Shown here piece after piece: positions 15,928-23,783 of a DNA stretch of 38,363 nucleotides (positions are counted from its first letter, which is position 1; each line of letters begins with the position of its first letter). Made by a program: the position numbers and the translations under genes. The notes beneath the pieces are model-generated. The model worked only from the letters and a program-made list of their open reading frames with translations. It was not told where the DNA came from and searched no databases. The stretch is from contig DCWM01000033.1 of NCBI GenBank assembly GCA_002335405.1, positions 1-38,363 of the forward strand, in the 5' to 3' direction. Origin of the DNA: Dehalococcoidia bacterium UBA2162 (GTDB lineage: Bacteria; Chloroflexota; Dehalococcoidia; Dehalococcoidales; UBA2162).

Positions 15928-16599
15928 CTAACAGATGATCAGTGGCTTACCTGTTTTCGCCGCGGATAATTTTTTTGGTTTGCTCAAACATCCGGTGGGA
16001 CAAACAGAGATGCAAATATCGCAGTCCCGGCAGGTATCCTGAGCGAGTGGCTGGTCATTATCAATCACAATCTTGGTATCAAAGCTACGATAGGCGATAC
16101 CTAGGATGCCATTCTCGGCGATTTCACGGCAAGCTCGGACGCACTTACGGCAGAGAATACATTGGGTGCGATCTATCTGGATATAGGGATTGTCTTCGAT
16201 GGGATAAAAGCGTTTCCGCGTCTGAAACGGAGAAAGTCCGACATCGAGGTCAGCCGCTAGTTCGCGTAAGTTGCAGACATTAGCCTTATTACAGAGCATA
16301 CAGAAACCGCAGTGGCTGGCGAACAGAAGTTCTATGATAACCTTACGTGTTGCCAAAACCTTTGGTGAATGGGTCTGGATGATCATTCCCGGTGTGATGG
16401 GAGTATGACAGGAACCAACCAGCGTTCGCGAGCCTTCTACTTCAACGATGCAAATGCGACAGGCGCCGGTAGGCGATAGTTCAGTCAGATAACATAGGGT
16501 AGGGATTTTAATACCGTTTTCTTGAGCGAGTTCAAGGATAGTTACACCTTCACGACCGCTTGTCTGAGCTCCATTTATGGTTACCTTAACTTCGGCCAT
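15928..16599 (-). CDS. NuoG/HydA-N-terminal-like polyferredoxin ([2Fe-2S] + His-ligated [4Fe-4S] + 2x[4Fe-4S]) without a catalytic domain
   Basis: CYLTELSPTGACRIC..C, HCGFCMLCNKANVC, CILCRKCVRAC and CRDCDICISVC. Only 223 aa. Confidence 0.8.
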   Translation of the reverse strand: MAEVKVTINGAQTSGREGVTILELAQENGIKIPTLCYLTELSPTGACRICIVEVEGSRTLVGSCHTPITPGMIIQTHSPKVLATRKVIIELLFASHCGFCMLCNKANVCNLRELAADLDVGLSPFQTRKRFYPIEDNPYIQIDRTQCILCRKCVRACREIAENGILGIAYRSFDTKIVIDNDQPLAQDTCRDCDICISVCPTGCLSKPKKLSAAKTGKPLIIC

Positions 16600-16692
16600 C
16601 TCTATGGCTAATCCTACAATTTATCTAGTTTGGCGTCAAGTGTCCTTCGGTAATTATTAAATTGGATGTAATGAGGAGGCGGTAACACCCGC

Positions 16693-16721
16693 TTGTCAAC
16701 AGCGATTTCTTCAGGTATACT
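16693..16721 (+). promoter_or_regulatory. Sigma70-type promoter for the small Zn-ribbon gene
   Basis: TTGTCA (16693-16698), a 17-nt spacer, then TATACT (16716-16721). The -35 lies inside the palindromic TTGTCAA/TTGACAA. Confidence 0.45.
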
Positions 16722-16756
16722 GGATAAAATTTATTTTGGTTGGGAGGTGGGACCTC

Positions 16757-16972
16757 GTGGAACAAGTAAGTTTTCCAAAATGCCAAAAATGTAAGGTAGG
16801 AGAGTTGGTACCTCTATCTGATTTTGGCAGCCAAGGAGCCAGTATTCATTATAAGGCTTGGGTTTGCAACAATCCTGAGTGCGGCTTCAATTTGAAGATC
16901 AGGAATGGTGATGTCTATGTTGATGAACCTATTATGAGCGGGGTGTTGCATAGTAGTAACCGCTCTCGCTGA
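16757..16972 (+). CDS. Small zinc-ribbon protein (CxxC...CxxxxC), function unknown
   Basis: GTG at 16757 lies 6 nt after GGGAGGTGG (16742-16750). The track ORF starts at TTG 16736. CQKC and CNNPEC pairs are separated by 27 residues, loosely like YgiT/MqsA-N-type Zn fingers. Confidence 0.6.
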   Translation: MEQVSFPKCQKCKVGELVPLSDFGSQGASIHYKAWVCNNPECGFNLKIRNGDVYVDEPIMSGVLHSSNRSR

Positions 16973-17490
16973 AGGTTCTGCTTTAACGGAGTCATGTGCC
17001 AGGCTATTTAAGAACTGAAGTACCATAACATCTGCGCTTTTGCTGCGTCTTTAGCTTGGCTAGTTAACGACTATCAGATGGCCAACTGCTTACTTGGGGG
17101 ATATTGGTGCTAGTGTCTCTGCGTTGGAAATGGCTGTGGGAGCTGGGCCATAATCAGTCCGGCTTATTGACTAGGGAATTGGGCGGACTGACCAATTTGC
17201 CGGTGGTTGATGGTTACCTGGTCAGATAAAGCTAAACTGTTCTTCAGGTCAAAACTGTGATTGTCGCCGAAAGGTAGAATAATGCCGTCGAGGTTTCTGT
17301 CTACTCTGCCTTGATGGGGTGTGGTAAACCGGTGCTGTTGGGTGATGGTATTATTAGTTCCTGAACGACTCTTGATGCCGGAGTCGTAGTCATGATATCT
17401 GTTGGTGTTTCGTCAGTATGGAGTTTGGTGCGGGCGAGAGGGATTTGAGTAGTTTCACTAGCTATTTGTGTCCTGAGATGATGGAGGTTG

Positions 17491-18096
17491 ATGGTGAAGG
17501 TAATTGGTTTGACTGGTGGTATCGGTAGTGGTAAGAGTACGGTTGCCCAACTTCTGGTAGAACTGGGTGCAGTTGTTATTGATGCCGATGAACTCGGACA
17601 TGAAGTCTTTCCGCGGGGTACGGAAACTTGGCGTGAAGTACTGGCTACTTTCGGTCGACAGATTCTCGCCCCCAGTGGTGAGATTGACCGGACTAAATTG
17701 GGGGGAATCGTCTTTGACAATCCTAGCGCCTTATTCAAGTTGAATCGGATTATGCACCCGCGGATGTACGAAATGGCTAAGGCTAGGATTGATGAATACC
17801 GGCGGCGAAGGGTAGCCGTACTGGTTCTGGAAGCTACTCTCCTTATTGAAGCAAAATGGACGTCTCTTGTCGATGAAGTCTGGGTAATCATCACCCCCGA
17901 ACCTAAAGTCTTTGAGCGTCTCCAGAAACAACGCGGACTGGTTCGTAAAGAAATCTTAGCTCGCCTTCGTTCTCAGCTACCTATCGAAGAGCGTCTCAAA
18001 CATGCTAATGTCGTCATCGATAATGAGGATGGGTTCGATGAGCTAAAAGCCAGGGTCACCGAATCGTGGACAAGTCTTGCCTCAAGCATTAAGTGA
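17491..18096 (+). CDS. coaE: Dephospho-CoA kinase
   Basis: VIGLTGGIGSGKST P-loop at the N-terminus and overall CoaE length. Possible starts are TTG 17488, ATG 17491 and GTG 17494, after GGAGG at 17483-17487. Confidence 0.9.
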   Translation: MVKVIGLTGGIGSGKSTVAQLLVELGAVVIDADELGHEVFPRGTETWREVLATFGRQILAPSGEIDRTKLGGIVFDNPSALFKLNRIMHPRMYEMAKARIDEYRRRRVAVLVLEATLLIEAKWTSLVDEVWVIITPEPKVFERLQKQRGLVRKEILARLRSQLPIEERLKHANVVIDNEDGFDELKARVTESWTSLASSIK

Positions 18097-18265
18097 TGGT
18101 AGGTATTTTATCCTCTTTTCACCCATAGTCCGTAAAGGGTGACTGACACAGAATCCACGGATTACGGTAACAAAGTGATCTGTCCTTACAAGGGATACTA
18201 CTTCTTGAGTTAGTGTTATCGGTGGTATGATTGTCTCAAGAGCAGGTGATCAGTAACCTAGAGAG

Positions 18266-19285
18266 CTATGATGGCGTACCTGATTGTGATCCTTCCGTCA
18301 CCGCGTCACGAATTGCCTGCAGATTGGCTTCGGGAGTTTCTGGTGGGAAGGTGCAACCGGGACCTAACATCCATCCCTTGTCCCCCATAGCCACCCTCAT
18401 ACCCTCTATTCCTGTGGCTAGCTGTATCGGGGTCGCCTCAACAAGGCTTTTGTCTTGGGTAATACCACCAATTACGGTTCGCCCCCCCACCATCGCTTTT
18501 CCCTCGGCTAAAGAAGGATTTCCTTTACCTTGCGGGTTCCAACTGAAGGCATGGACCGGATAGTCTTTCACAGCGCGCAGTAAATTTTGTTCCCGACAGA
18601 CATGCAGCACATGAAATTCGGCTGTCGGTAACGTATTAAGTAATCGTAGGTCGTAGGGTCGCGCGAAAGTTAAGTATTCTTTTTCAGTCAGGCGGTTAGT
18701 AGTTGCCCAGGCAGTGGTTGCGTAGAACAGTCCGCTGACACCGCGTTCCAGGCAGGCTTTTGCGAAGTTACTAAAGGTCTCCGTGATAACTTCTAGAGCA
18801 TGGTTTACTTCGGCCGTATGCTCACGAAGATGTTGTAAGAAGAGTTCTTCCGAGCCAGTTAGCCAACCGGCAATCGAAAGTGGGGTAAACATCGTCATAA
18901 TAAATGGTAGTTCTCCTTTTAGTCCGTGAGCAATCAGTTCTAGGCTGGTCAGATGTTCTTTTAGCACACCTTGGTTAACATCCAATACTTTAAGTCTTAG
19001 CCAGTCATCGGGGGTTTTAACCGGTGTTTCAGCCACTCTAGGTGAAATGTCGCCATCGTATGCCGTCTTCACTCCCCAGTCCTCGACATGATAAGAGGCA
19101 CGGGGGTTAACCTTCATAAAGTCCCAGTCGAACCGGTTTTGAAAACCGAGCATTGCTTCCGCCAATAAATCCGCAGAAGTCTCTCTTGTGAAGAAGTGCC
19201 GCCACATACTTATGGGTAAACGGTCGATACATTCTCCTTTAAGTGCGGCCCGGACACGTTCCCAGTGGGTCATTTCTGTTACCAT
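18266..19285 (-). CDS. Uroporphyrinogen decarboxylase (URO-D) family protein, possibly an MtaA/CmuA-like methyltransferase
   Basis: The N-terminus THWERVRAALKGECIDRLPISMW and the length of 339 aa fit the URO-D superfamily. It does not look like a canonical HemE to me. Confidence 0.6.
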   Translation of the reverse strand: MVTEMTHWERVRAALKGECIDRLPISMWRHFFTRETSADLLAEAMLGFQNRFDWDFMKVNPRASYHVEDWGVKTAYDGDISPRVAETPVKTPDDWLRLKVLDVNQGVLKEHLTSLELIAHGLKGELPFIMTMFTPLSIAGWLTGSEELFLQHLREHTAEVNHALEVITETFSNFAKACLERGVSGLFYATTAWATTNRLTEKEYLTFARPYDLRLLNTLPTAEFHVLHVCREQNLLRAVKDYPVHAFSWNPQGKGNPSLAEGKAMVGGRTVIGGITQDKSLVEATPIQLATGIEGMRVAMGDKGWMLGPGCTFPPETPEANLQAIRDAVTEGSQSGTPS

Positions 19286-19425
19286 ATATTATGGTCCTTT
19301 CTTATCGGTATAGAAGCTCGTCCGAATTTATCTTTAGTTTATTCTATCTGGGTAATGTTTTCAACTTGTGTTTGGTTCGAGGATGAGATAAATTACTTTA
19401 GTAATCGATGGCGGTGGAGTAAAGT

Positions 19426-20274
19426 ATGGGTAAACAGAGGACTTTGGTTTTCTTCGGGGCCCACCCGGACGACGAAGCATTTGGTGTTGGTGGTACTCTA
19501 GCACAGTACGCCGCTGCTGGCGTCAAAGTCTACTATGCCTGTGCTACGCGTGGGGAAGCGGGTGATGTGGCCCCTGAACATATTAAAGGATACGACACCA
19601 TTGGTGACATGCGCTGGGCCGAGCTGAAGTGTTCGGCCCAGGTTCTCGGTCTAGCCGGTATTATCCACCTTGGCTACCGGGATTCTGGTATGCCTAATTC
19701 GAGGGCCAACAAGCATCCGGAAGCTCTGGTTGCCGCCTTGCCTGAGCAGGTGGTTGGTTGTGTGGTCCAAGTCATCCGTGAGTTTAAGCCAGAGGTGGTC
19801 ATCACCTTCGACCCTATCGGCGGGTACCGGCACCCCGATCACATTGCTATTAATAATGCCACGGTTAAGGCATTCTGTGTAGCCGGCGACCCAAAGCAAT
19901 ATCCCGAAGCCGGCCCAGCGTTCCAACCTCAAAAACTCTACTTCTCCGTTTTTTCACGTAGATTTTTGAAGGTTGCGGTAAAATTATTGCCGCTCTTCGG
20001 GCAAGATCCCCATCGCTTAGGGAGTAACAAAGACATCGACGTCACGAGTTTGGCCGAAATAGAATTTCCAATACATGCCACAATACGCCTCACGAAACAA
20101 GCTATCGAGACTAGGAGTAGGGCCGCGATCTGCTATGTGAGTCAGCGACCGCGGCGTGCAGCTCTGTTCAGAATTATTGAGAAGTTCCCTGGACAGCGCG
20201 ATTTATATATGCGAGCTCATCCACCTCCTGATACTCGGCGACGCGAGAGCGATTTGTTTGAAGGGGTGCAGTGA
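19426..20274 (+). CDS. PIG-L/LmbE family deacetylase
   Basis: FFGAHPDDEAFG and GYRHPDHIA metal-binding motifs. Confidence 0.8.
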   Translation: MGKQRTLVFFGAHPDDEAFGVGGTLAQYAAAGVKVYYACATRGEAGDVAPEHIKGYDTIGDMRWAELKCSAQVLGLAGIIHLGYRDSGMPNSRANKHPEALVAALPEQVVGCVVQVIREFKPEVVITFDPIGGYRHPDHIAINNATVKAFCVAGDPKQYPEAGPAFQPQKLYFSVFSRRFLKVAVKLLPLFGQDPHRLGSNKDIDVTSLAEIEFPIHATIRLTKQAIETRSRAAICYVSQRPRRAALFRIIEKFPGQRDLYMRAHPPPDTRRRESDLFEGVQ

Positions 20275-20473
20275 TAAGTAGGGCCTGAGTTGGAGTAGAT
20301 GTCTTTACCACCGTCGTTACTGTAGATTTGGTACGCTTTAGTTTCTTCTTTATCTTTGTTAGGTAGTCTGTTGGTAAAACCAAAAGAACTAATTGTGTAG
20401 TATAATATAAGCGCGTGTTCGCTTGCATCTCTCGGTAGATATTTTCAGAAGATGATGAAGGCGGAAGACAAGG

Positions 20474-21814
20474 ATGGTTGAGCGGTTGTTTGGAGAATTG
20501 ACTTTAGGAGAGATCTTAGTCCCAGTATTGGTCTTCGGAGCTTCTATTGGTCTTGCCTGGTTTTCCCAAGTTTTCTTAGTGAGAGCCGTTAGTAAACTCA
20601 CACAAAAGACCAATATGAAGTTGGATGACGCGATACTATCGGTACTTAAAAAACCGATAGCGGGTGTTATTGTCTTGGGTGGGCTATACATTACGAGCCT
20701 ATTAATTCCTCTGGAAGCTGTGGTGCGTTCTTACCTATCCAAAGGATTCAACATACTGTTCAGCTTGTTAGGTATTTACGTTGTCGCGGCCCTGATACAC
20801 GCTCTAACAAGGTGGATCGAAAGAGAGCTTATCGCCCAAAAAGGCACCCGAAGTCGTCTCGAAGACATTTTTGCTGATGGCCCAATTCTCCACGTGTTCC
20901 AGGTAGCTACGGTTCTCGTTGCAGTATCTCTCAGTATTATCGTCGTACTGGCTAACCTGGGAATTGATATGTCACTGTTAACCGGCTGGCTGGGAGAGCA
21001 GGGTTGGCGTATTGGTCTTATAGTTCTTCTTTCTGGGATAGGTATTGTTACGGTGGGTGAGTTTGTTCCCAGGTTGGTAGTCGGGGCGCTGGCTCGCCGT
21101 GTTGACGAACCTAAAGCAGAGATCACTAAGAGGGGCAATACTTTATCAAGAGTGCTTGTCGGTGTGGGAAAGGTGACCGTACTTTTTGTCGGAGCCTTTA
21201 TGGTTCTCTCCGAATTGGAAATAAACATCACCCCTATCCTGGCTGGTGCTGGCATACTTGGTATTGCTATCGGCTTCGGTGCTCAGAGTTTGGTAAGGGA
21301 TGTGGTTACCGGGTTGTTCATAATTCTGGAGAATCAGTACCGGGTGGGTGATTGGGTAAGAATCGCTGATATTGCTGGACTGGTCGAAGACATAAATTTG
21401 AAGAGGACAGTCCTCCGGGATTTTGATGGTACTGTCCATAGTGTGCCAAACGGCGAGGTTCGAGTGTCCAGTAATTTTACTAAGGAATGGTCAAGAATCA
21501 ACATGAGTGTGAGTGTTGCTTATGGGGAAGACCTTGACCGTGTTATCTCGGTGATAAATAGAGTCGGTAAGGAGTTGGCTGAGGACCCGCAGTGGGTGGC
21601 GGGAATTCTCGCACCGCCACAAGCTTTAGGGGTAGATAAGCTGGGCGACTCAGGTATTGAGATTAGGATATTAGGGGAGGCCAAAGCTATGCGCCCGTGG
21701 GCTATCATGAGAGAGCTTCGCCTGAGGTTGAAGAAAGCCTTTGATAAAGACGGTATAGAGATTCCTTGGCCCCATACGAAGGTATATTTTGGTAATTCAC
21801 CACCTTCTGGCTGA
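20474..21814 (+). CDS. Mechanosensitive ion channel (MscS family)
   Basis: Several N-terminal TM helices, then the MscS core GFGAQSLVRDVVTGLFIILENQYRVGDWV. Confidence 0.85.
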   Translation: MVERLFGELTLGEILVPVLVFGASIGLAWFSQVFLVRAVSKLTQKTNMKLDDAILSVLKKPIAGVIVLGGLYITSLLIPLEAVVRSYLSKGFNILFSLLGIYVVAALIHALTRWIERELIAQKGTRSRLEDIFADGPILHVFQVATVLVAVSLSIIVVLANLGIDMSLLTGWLGEQGWRIGLIVLLSGIGIVTVGEFVPRLVVGALARRVDEPKAEITKRGNTLSRVLVGVGKVTVLFVGAFMVLSELEINITPILAGAGILGIAIGFGAQSLVRDVVTGLFIILENQYRVGDWVRIADIAGLVEDINLKRTVLRDFDGTVHSVPNGEVRVSSNFTKEWSRINMSVSVAYGEDLDRVISVINRVGKELAEDPQWVAGILAPPQALGVDKLGDSGIEIRILGEAKAMRPWAIMRELRLRLKKAFDKDGIEIPWPHTKVYFGNSPPSG

Positions 21815-21946
21815 GGAGGTTGGGGCCAAGGGCAATGCTAGGTATGGCTGCGGACTGGATTGGCAGGAACTAACACTGTACTGACTAGTGGCTAGGTAAG
21901 TAGTAAACCAGCGAATGCTAGTGCCCCGAGTGTGATAGGGTTCCTG

Positions 21947-22993
21947 TCAAAAAATCAGCATGGCGTCACCGAAGCTGTAGAAGCGATACTGTTGGGTGAT
22001 GGCTTCTTGGTAGGCTTGATGAATTAAGTCTCTACCGGCAAAGGCGGTAGCCAGCATCAATGTTGTTGACCGGGGCAGATGAAAATTAGTAATCATGGCA
22101 TCGATTATGCGGAACTGGTGCCCTGGAACAATAAGCAGGCTGACCCAGCCGGCAAAGGGTGCCACTCGAGCTGGGCTACTGGCTTGAGCTGCCGCTTCGA
22201 CTAATCTGACGGTCGTTGTGCCAACACAGATAATCCTTCGGCCCTCGGTTTTGGCTTGGGCTAGTTCCTCGGCTACTTCTTGACTGATTATGCCATATTC
22301 TTGGTGTATGGGGTGTTCTTTTGGATTCTCAACCCGTACCGGTCGAAAGGTATCCAGTCCGATGTGTAGTGTCACCGATAGACAGCGCACCCTCTTCTTT
22401 TCTATTTTAGTCATAAGTTCGGGGGTAAAGTGTAGTCCGGCCGTCGGTGCGGCGATACTGCCCGCTACCTGGGCATAGACTGTCTGGTAGCGCTCCGGAT
22501 TTAGTAATGGTATATGGATGTAGGGCGGCAGCGGAATCTGTCCCAACTCGAGGAGACGGGTTTCGTCGGAGAAGCTAAGTACTTGTTCCCCACCTTCATT
22601 TGACCCAATGGCTTTAGCCGTTATCGGGAGCCCTGGTTTATCGTCTGTCACCGAATCATTAGCTATCTCTATTTTGGTGCCAATACTGACGCGATTAGCC
22701 GGTCTGACTAAAGTTTCCCAGATGTTCGGACAGAGCCGGCGGAGCAGTAAGACTTCGAGTCGACTTCCGCCATCAACTTTTCGGGCGCTGAGCCGGGCGG
22801 GAATAACCCGGCTGTTATTTAATATCAGAACATCTCCCGCCCGAAGGTAATCAATAATTTCAAAGAACCGGTGATGTTTCAGGGAACCATTGTTTCGGTC
22901 GAGAATCATCAGACGGGAGTGGTCTCTCGGCTCTATAGGGGTTTGGGCAATAAATTCTGGAGGTAAGGCATAATCAAAATCGCTAGTTTTCAT
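21947..22993 (-). CDS. queA: S-adenosylmethionine:tRNA ribosyltransferase-isomerase
   Basis: MKTSDFDYALPPEFIAQTPIEPRDHSRLM, GLHFT and FYSFGDAMLI motifs. Confidence 0.92.
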   Translation of the reverse strand: MKTSDFDYALPPEFIAQTPIEPRDHSRLMILDRNNGSLKHHRFFEIIDYLRAGDVLILNNSRVIPARLSARKVDGGSRLEVLLLRRLCPNIWETLVRPANRVSIGTKIEIANDSVTDDKPGLPITAKAIGSNEGGEQVLSFSDETRLLELGQIPLPPYIHIPLLNPERYQTVYAQVAGSIAAPTAGLHFTPELMTKIEKKRVRCLSVTLHIGLDTFRPVRVENPKEHPIHQEYGIISQEVAEELAQAKTEGRRIICVGTTTVRLVEAAAQASSPARVAPFAGWVSLLIVPGHQFRIIDAMITNFHLPRSTTLMLATAFAGRDLIHQAYQEAITQQYRFYSFGDAMLIF

Positions 22994-23188
22994 AATGTTG
23001 TCCGACTCTTCTATTGGCCTACCTATCTATCGTACCTTCGAGACTATGACAGGCGGGTTGATGGTATCTGTGTTATCCGCGTTATTGTAACTCTTGGCGG
23101 CGGATTCGGGCAATACGTATGCTCGATTTGGTAAAATACCTACTTTTGGGTTAGAATAGTAATAACATATTGGGCAAGCTGGGGTAAA

Positions 23189-23773
23189 ATGAAGAAACAA
23201 ATCGCGACTTTGATCTCTAATATTTTGAATCCTTTCTTGGTTGGTTTAGCGGTAATTCTGCTACTTTCCTTCACCTCAGCCGCCAATCCAATTGATGCCC
23301 TGAAGTGGGCTTTGGTAGCTAGCGCCCTGAGTATTCTGCCGATTTTTGTAGTTGTTGTTTACCTGCTTAAGACCAGGCGCCTCGATACTTTCTTTGCCAA
23401 CGTTCGTGAGCAAAGAACTAAGATTTATCTGATAACTAGTCTTTGCACTATCGTCGGTTGTATCCTCCTCGCTTATCTCGGTGCGCCAATAACATTGGTT
23501 GCGACGTTTGCTGTTGCTGTATCTCTAACTCTCATCTTTATGTGCATTAATTTCTGGTGGAAGATAAGTTTGCATACGGCCTTTATTGCCGGTTCAGCAA
23601 TGGTACTGGTTATACTTTATGGCTGGGGTGGTATGGTAACAATGACGTTGGTTCCCCTAACGGCTTGGGCTAGAATCGAATTAGAGTCCCATTCCCTCGC
23701 TCAGGCTGCTACTGGAGCTTTGCTTGCCGCCGTAGTCGTTGTCGCCGTATTTTATCCGCTGGTTGTGGCTTGA
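23189..23773 (+). CDS. Polytopic membrane protein, degenerate PAP2-like phosphatase family
   Basis: About 6 hydrophobic spans. KISLHTA and ARIELESHSLAQA loosely resemble the PAP2 SxH and R-x5-H motifs. Confidence 0.45.
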   Translation: MKKQIATLISNILNPFLVGLAVILLLSFTSAANPIDALKWALVASALSILPIFVVVVYLLKTRRLDTFFANVREQRTKIYLITSLCTIVGCILLAYLGAPITLVATFAVAVSLTLIFMCINFWWKISLHTAFIAGSAMVLVILYGWGGMVTMTLVPLTAWARIELESHSLAQAATGALLAAVVVVAVFYPLVVA

Positions 23774-23783
23774 AGAGCGAAGG

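Noticed and set aside
17150-17230. Short matches to structured-RNA signatures: AGTCCGGCTTAT is reminiscent of RNase P conserved regions, and CCTGGTCAG of SRP RNA domain IV.
   Set aside because: Only partial strings match. The companion conserved elements are absent: GAGGAAAGTCC for RNase P, and GGAAGCAGCC with a GNRA loop for SRP RNA. No tmRNA-like T-arm/CCA end is present either.
17167-17412. 82-codon stop-free stretch on the minus strand (..RYHDYDSGIKSR...LDGIILPFGDNHSFDLKNSLALSDQVTINHRQIGQSAQFPSQ*).
   Set aside because: It contains no ATG, GTG or TTG codon anywhere in frame and no family motif I recognise. I did not call it a CDS or pseudogene and mention it only inside the finding on the non-coding gap.
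17301-17894. 197-aa minus-strand ORF overlapping coaE. Similar long antisense ORFs occur at 6338-6781, 8008-8292, 20776-21255, 25338-25703 and 938-1282.
   Set aside because: Each lies antisense to a gene with unmistakable family motifs (CoaE P-loop, EF-P, L9, MscS, RF1, FeoB). Their translations are low-complexity, rich in Ser, Thr, Pro and Arg, with no recognisable motifs. They are shadow ORFs.
532-20283. The octamer AAGTAGGG occurs three times (532, 605, 20276) and AGGTAGTC three times (725, 750, 20361).
   Set aside because: Two of the three copies in each case belong to local duplications already described. One extra 8-mer match in 38 kb is within chance expectation, at about 0.6 per strand.
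20401-20406. A perfect TATAAT upstream of the MscS gene as a promoter.
   Set aside because: There is no acceptable -35 at 16-19 nt (AACCAA at 17 nt, and TTGGTA only at 24 nt) and no TGn extended -10. The evidence is too weak to list as a feature.
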